64,000 nucleotides of DNA from Elusimicrobiaceae bacterium (GTDB taxonomy: Bacteria > Elusimicrobiota > Elusimicrobia > Elusimicrobiales > Elusimicrobiaceae). The notes under the pieces were generated by a model. The model ran no database searches. It had not been told where the DNA came from and saw only the letters and a program-made list of their open reading frames with translations. The stretch covers positions 1,185-65,184 of the forward strand of contig JAZRIL010000006.1 in assembly GCA_045645285.1 (NCBI GenBank), given 5' to 3'. Positions within the stretch are counted from its first letter, which is position 1; each line of letters begins with the position of its first letter. A program made the translations under genes and the position numbers. Positions 60,892-64,000 of the stretch are shown here, piece after piece.

Positions 60892-61401
60892 ATGAAAAAC
60901 AGACAAGCATTTACGTTAATAGAACTACTCGTCGTCATACTCATCATTGGCATATTGGCAGCGGTGGCCCTGCCGCAATATCAAATGGCTGTCCTAAAAA
61001 GCCGTTTCACACAAGCAAAAGCAGTGGTTAATGCTCTGGCTCAAGCACAAGAAGTTTATTATTTGGCAAACGGAACATACAGTCATTCCTATGATGATTT
61101 AGATATTGACACGCCGGCGTATAAAGAGGAAACGGAAAATATAAGTGACGGAATTAACCGTCCGCATAGAATTTTTTCTTGGGGTGCTTGTACATTATGG
61201 CAGGTAGATGTTGTTTCTTGTCGGGTGGGCGATGTGCTGTACGAAAAATATTATGACCACTCCGCAAAGCCCGGAGTCACCCTTTGCAGTGTATACAATA
61301 CAGATCTTTCCTCTAACGAAAATAAACTATGTAAAAGCGAAACGGGAAAAACCGCCCCGGAAACAACAGGCGACAATTATGTGACATGGGTATACCCTTA
61401 A
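60892..61401 (+). CDS. type IV pilin-like protein with a canonical short leader
   Basis: Starts MKNRQA|[28 protein letters not shown]; 169 aa. Confidence 0.85.
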   Translation: MKNRQAFTLIELLVVILIIGILAAVALPQYQMAVLKSRFTQAKAVVNALAQAQEVYYLANGTYSHSYDDLDIDTPAYKEETENISDGINRPHRIFSWGACTLWQVDVVSCRVGDVLYEKYYDHSAKPGVTLCSVYNTDLSSNENKLCKSETGKTAPETTGDNYVTWVYP

Positions 61402-61410
61402 ACCCTCTTA

Positions 61411-62520
61411 TTACCCAAACAACTCTTTGAAGAAACTTTTTTTGCCGCCCGTTTCTTTGGCAAGTTCTTCCAGCAGTTCTTTTTGGCGGGCGGTGGGTTT
61501 TTTGGGCACCTCAATTTTCACATTAACAAGTAAATCGCCAAATCCTTTTTTGCTAAGTTTAGGCATGCCGTTTCCTTGCATTTTTAATACGTCACCAAAT
61601 TGCGTGCCTTTGGGGATTTCCACTTCAATTTCTTTGCCCTCAATCGTGGGCACCTTGATACTGCCGCCGAGCACCGCTTGCGGATAGGTAATCTGTGCGT
61701 CTAAAATTAAATCATCGCCTTCGCGGCGGAAAATTTTATGGTCTTTGACATGTACTTCCACATATAAATCGCCAAAGCCGCCACCGTTCGTGCCGATATC
61801 CCCACCGTTGGAAACACGCAACGTAACCCCGCTGCGTACGCCGGAGGGCACTTTAACGGTGATATTTTCTTTCACGCGTTTGGTGCCGGAGCCGCGGCAA
61901 GAAGAACACGGTTTTTCAACGACCGTACCGCGCCCGCCGCAATCGGGACAGACTTGGCGCATGCTGAAAAATCCTTGCGAATACGTAACCGTTCCCGTAC
62001 CGGCACACGAGCGGCACGTTTTGCGCGCACTACCCGGGGCGGCGCCGGAGCCGTCGCAGGCGGAACAATTATCCAGCCGCGTATATTCTACCGGGATTTC
62101 CTTGCCGGAAAATGCTTCTTCCAACGTCATTGTAACGTCCAGTTTGAGGTCTTCGCCGCGCTGTGCATGCGGTTTTCCGCCGCGACGGCCAAAACCGCCG
62201 CCGAAAATATCACCAAACATGGAACCGAAAATATCGTTGATATCGCCAAAGCCGCTCGCGTTAAATCCGCCAAAACCGCCGGCACCGTTTAAACCTTCGT
62301 GGCCGTATTGGTCATACATTTGCTTTTTTTGCGGGTCGGACAAAACGGAAAACGCTTCGTTAATTTTTTTAAACTGCTCCTCGGCTTGTTTGTTGCCGGG
62401 ATTTCTATCAGGGTGAAATTTCATGGCCTGGCGGCGAAACGCAGTCTTGATTTCCACTTCCGTGGCGGTGCGTTCCACGCCGAGCACTTGGTAATAATCT
62501 TCTTTCATAGTTGTGGGCAT
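61411..62520 (-). CDS. dnaJ: molecular chaperone DnaJ
   Basis: 369 aa with J domain (DYYQVLGV...HPDRNPG), a G/F region and four CxxCxGxG repeats. Confidence 0.95.
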   Translation of the reverse strand: MPTTMKEDYYQVLGVERTATEVEIKTAFRRQAMKFHPDRNPGNKQAEEQFKKINEAFSVLSDPQKKQMYDQYGHEGLNGAGGFGGFNASGFGDINDIFGSMFGDIFGGGFGRRGGKPHAQRGEDLKLDVTMTLEEAFSGKEIPVEYTRLDNCSACDGSGAAPGSARKTCRSCAGTGTVTYSQGFFSMRQVCPDCGGRGTVVEKPCSSCRGSGTKRVKENITVKVPSGVRSGVTLRVSNGGDIGTNGGGFGDLYVEVHVKDHKIFRREGDDLILDAQITYPQAVLGGSIKVPTIEGKEIEVEIPKGTQFGDVLKMQGNGMPKLSKKGFGDLLVNVKIEVPKKPTARQKELLEELAKETGGKKSFFKELFG

Positions 62521-62582
62521 AACATTTTCAAGGGATATGTATATTTTATGAAATTTTTACGTTCCGTGGGTAAAGTCAAAAA

Positions 62583-62591
62583 TGATACAAT
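62583..62591 (+). promoter_or_regulatory. extended -10 TGaTACAAT 6 nt upstream of ATG (leaderless-type)
   Basis: Sequence reads TGATACAATacttgcATG. Confidence 0.45.
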
Positions 62592-62597
62592 ACTTGC

Positions 62598-63722
62598 ATG
62601 GAAAAAACCCCGACGCCTTATACTGTTCCTTTACGCATTTTGCAGTACGTCCCGTCTTGCTGTGCACATATCGGCATGGACTTGGTACCGCAAAATTGGT
62701 ATCACCATTTGGATAAAAATAAAATTGTCTTTGATTTTGCCGTACTATCTGACCAACATCTAAATCTCCCTTTCAAAAATTTAGTTCTTCACGATGGAAA
62801 CCGTTTTTTAGCAGGAACAGGACGCTCCAACGGAATCCGGGGCCGTTTTTCGTTTTACCGTCAATTATTCATTATGATGCGAAAAAATCACTATGATGCG
62901 TTTTTCGTTCACGAATCCACCCCTCTTTTACTCATTCCTTGCTGGTTGGCCAAATTAGCAGGCATCCGAAAAATTTTTCTACTCAGTCATAATGCCATTG
63001 CTAGTCAACAATCTTTTTTTGTAAAAAAATTTCTTGCTCTTTCACTTCGCCTAACGGCCCCTCAATATTTAGCGGTGTCCGAACAATCCGGAAAAGGATT
63101 TTATGGCAACAGACCTTTTGCTGTTTTTCATGTTGGTATTGAAACCAAAAAATTCAACTATAGCCCAACGGTCGGCCAAAAACTCCGCGCCGAATTATCT
63201 ATGGAAAACAATTGGGTAATGGGATTTGTCGGACGACTCGCCCCGGAAAAAAATGTCCTTTTCTTATTAAAGGTTTTTCAACAAATCTTGCATAAAAAGG
63301 CAGAGGCACGTCTAGTGCTGGTAGGTAGTGGGCCACAGGAACAAATGCTACGTCAAGAAGTACGAAATTTGGGAATAGCACATGCTGTGTTATTCTTAGG
63401 AAAACGCCCGGATTCGGCCGCACTCTATCAGGCCTTTGATACTTTTGTGCTGCCTTCTTTATTTGAAGGATTGCCCCTTGTTCATCTGGAAGCCCAATCT
63501 TGCGGTCTACCGTGTTTTCTTTCAGACAGCATTACGCAAGAGTCTAATATTTGCAACACCTTTTACCTTCCGCTGGAAAAAGGACCTGCTTATTGGGCCA
63601 ACGTTATTTTGGAAAAAACAAAAAATTTCCAACGCAAAGATGGGTCCTCCTTGGTAAAACAAGCCGGATTTGATATCGCTGACAGCACCCACCGCTTAGA
63701 AGAATTATTAAAAAACGCATAA
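62598..63722 (+). CDS. glycosyltransferase family 4 (GT-B, GT1/GT4-like)
   Basis: 374 aa containing VGRLAPEKN and FVLPSLFEGLPLVHLEAQSCGLP. Confidence 0.8.
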   Translation: MEKTPTPYTVPLRILQYVPSCCAHIGMDLVPQNWYHHLDKNKIVFDFAVLSDQHLNLPFKNLVLHDGNRFLAGTGRSNGIRGRFSFYRQLFIMMRKNHYDAFFVHESTPLLLIPCWLAKLAGIRKIFLLSHNAIASQQSFFVKKFLALSLRLTAPQYLAVSEQSGKGFYGNRPFAVFHVGIETKKFNYSPTVGQKLRAELSMENNWVMGFVGRLAPEKNVLFLLKVFQQILHKKAEARLVLVGSGPQEQMLRQEVRNLGIAHAVLFLGKRPDSAALYQAFDTFVLPSLFEGLPLVHLEAQSCGLPCFLSDSITQESNICNTFYLPLEKGPAYWANVILEKTKNFQRKDGSSLVKQAGFDIADSTHRLEELLKNA

Positions 63723-63734
63723 TCCCGCATTTTA

Positions 63735-63743
63735 TGCTATAAT
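63735..63743 (+). promoter_or_regulatory. extended -10 TGcTATAAT upstream of rplU
   Basis: Sequence reads TTTATGCTATAATTAG. Confidence 0.45.
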
Positions 63744-63750
63744 TAGAGTA

Positions 63751-63779
63751 GCGGAATTTCCCCACGCGGGAAATTCCGC
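63751..63779 (+). promoter_or_regulatory. 5' UTR hairpin GCGGAATTTCCC-cacgc-GGGAAATTCCGC ahead of rplU
   Basis: 12-bp perfect stem between the -10 box and the ATG at 63791. Confidence 0.5.
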
Positions 63780-63790
63780 CGGAAAAACTT

Positions 63791-64000
63791 ATGTACGCAA
63801 TTATTGAAACTGGTGGAAAACAGTACTGGGTAAAACCCGGTCAAGATCTGCAGGTTGAAAAACTGGAAGCGAAAGCGGGAGATACCGTAGAACTTAAAGT
63901 TCTTTGGGCCGCTAACGAAGAAGGTACCTCAGCAGATACCAAAGCCGCTAACACGGCCAAGGTCACCGCTCAGGTGGTTAAACACTTGAGAGGTCAAAAA
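63791..64000 (+). CDS. rplU: 50S ribosomal protein L21, C-terminus cut by window edge
   Basis: Not in the ORF track. My translation is MYAIIETGGKQYWVKPGQDLQVEKLEAKAGDTVELKVLW...VVKHLRGQK. Confidence 0.88.
   Translation, partial: MYAIIETGGKQYWVKPGQDLQVEKLEAKAGDTVELKVLWAANEEGTSADTKAANTAKVTAQVVKHLRGQK

Noticed and set aside
61402-61410. Looked for a terminator between convergent pilin 4 and dnaJ.
   Set aside because: Only 9 bp separate the two stop codons and no hairpin is present.

Overview
This 64-kb bacterial window is mostly core gene-expression and cell-shape genes on the minus strand. In genome order it holds the gcvT-H-PA-PB glycine cleavage operon, then amidase / RNase G / rodA / mrdA / mreDCB. 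mreB follows rplQ on the same strand after a 10-bp gap, which puts the shape genes directly after the alpha, spc and S10 ribosomal operons. The window continues with rpsJ, fusA-rpsG-rpsL, rpoC-rpoB and rplL-rplJ, then a complete rRNA operon (16S, tRNA-Ile, tRNA-Ala, 23S, 5S, all minus strand), then dnaJ, a glycosyltransferase and the start of rplU. Interspersed are accessory genes: four type IV pilin-like genes, a split chromate transporter, two secreted trypsin-fold proteins, an LPS-kinase-like gene, an OMP and a small GIY-YIG nuclease. The non-core signal is in the intergenic DNA, which is densely populated by nested palindromic elements. Family 1 is a 32-nt REP-like hairpin, (T)CGTCATCCCGCA-loop-TGCGGGATAT. 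Family 2 is a group of 90-130-bp nested palindromes carrying CTAGGC and AACAAC boxes. Family-1 hairpins in inverted orientation bracket the GIY-YIG gene inside a 640-bp unit bounded by a perfect 20-bp direct repeat. I read this as a REPtron-like candidate mobile system with a GIY-YIG nuclease in place of a tyrosine transposase. Doublets of the same hairpin form 120- and 132-bp MITEs that sit in frame inside the cleavable leader peptides of two pilin genes. All four pilin genes share one promoter cassette with an A11 tract in the -35/-10 spacer, which makes them candidates for phase variation. Six genes have a -10 box exactly 6 nt upstream of the ATG with no Shine-Dalgarno, which looks leaderless. 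The abundance of prepilin-type genes suggests Elusimicrobiota, but that is a tentative guess from memory. No searches or computations could be run. All homology calls come from motif recognition by eye.
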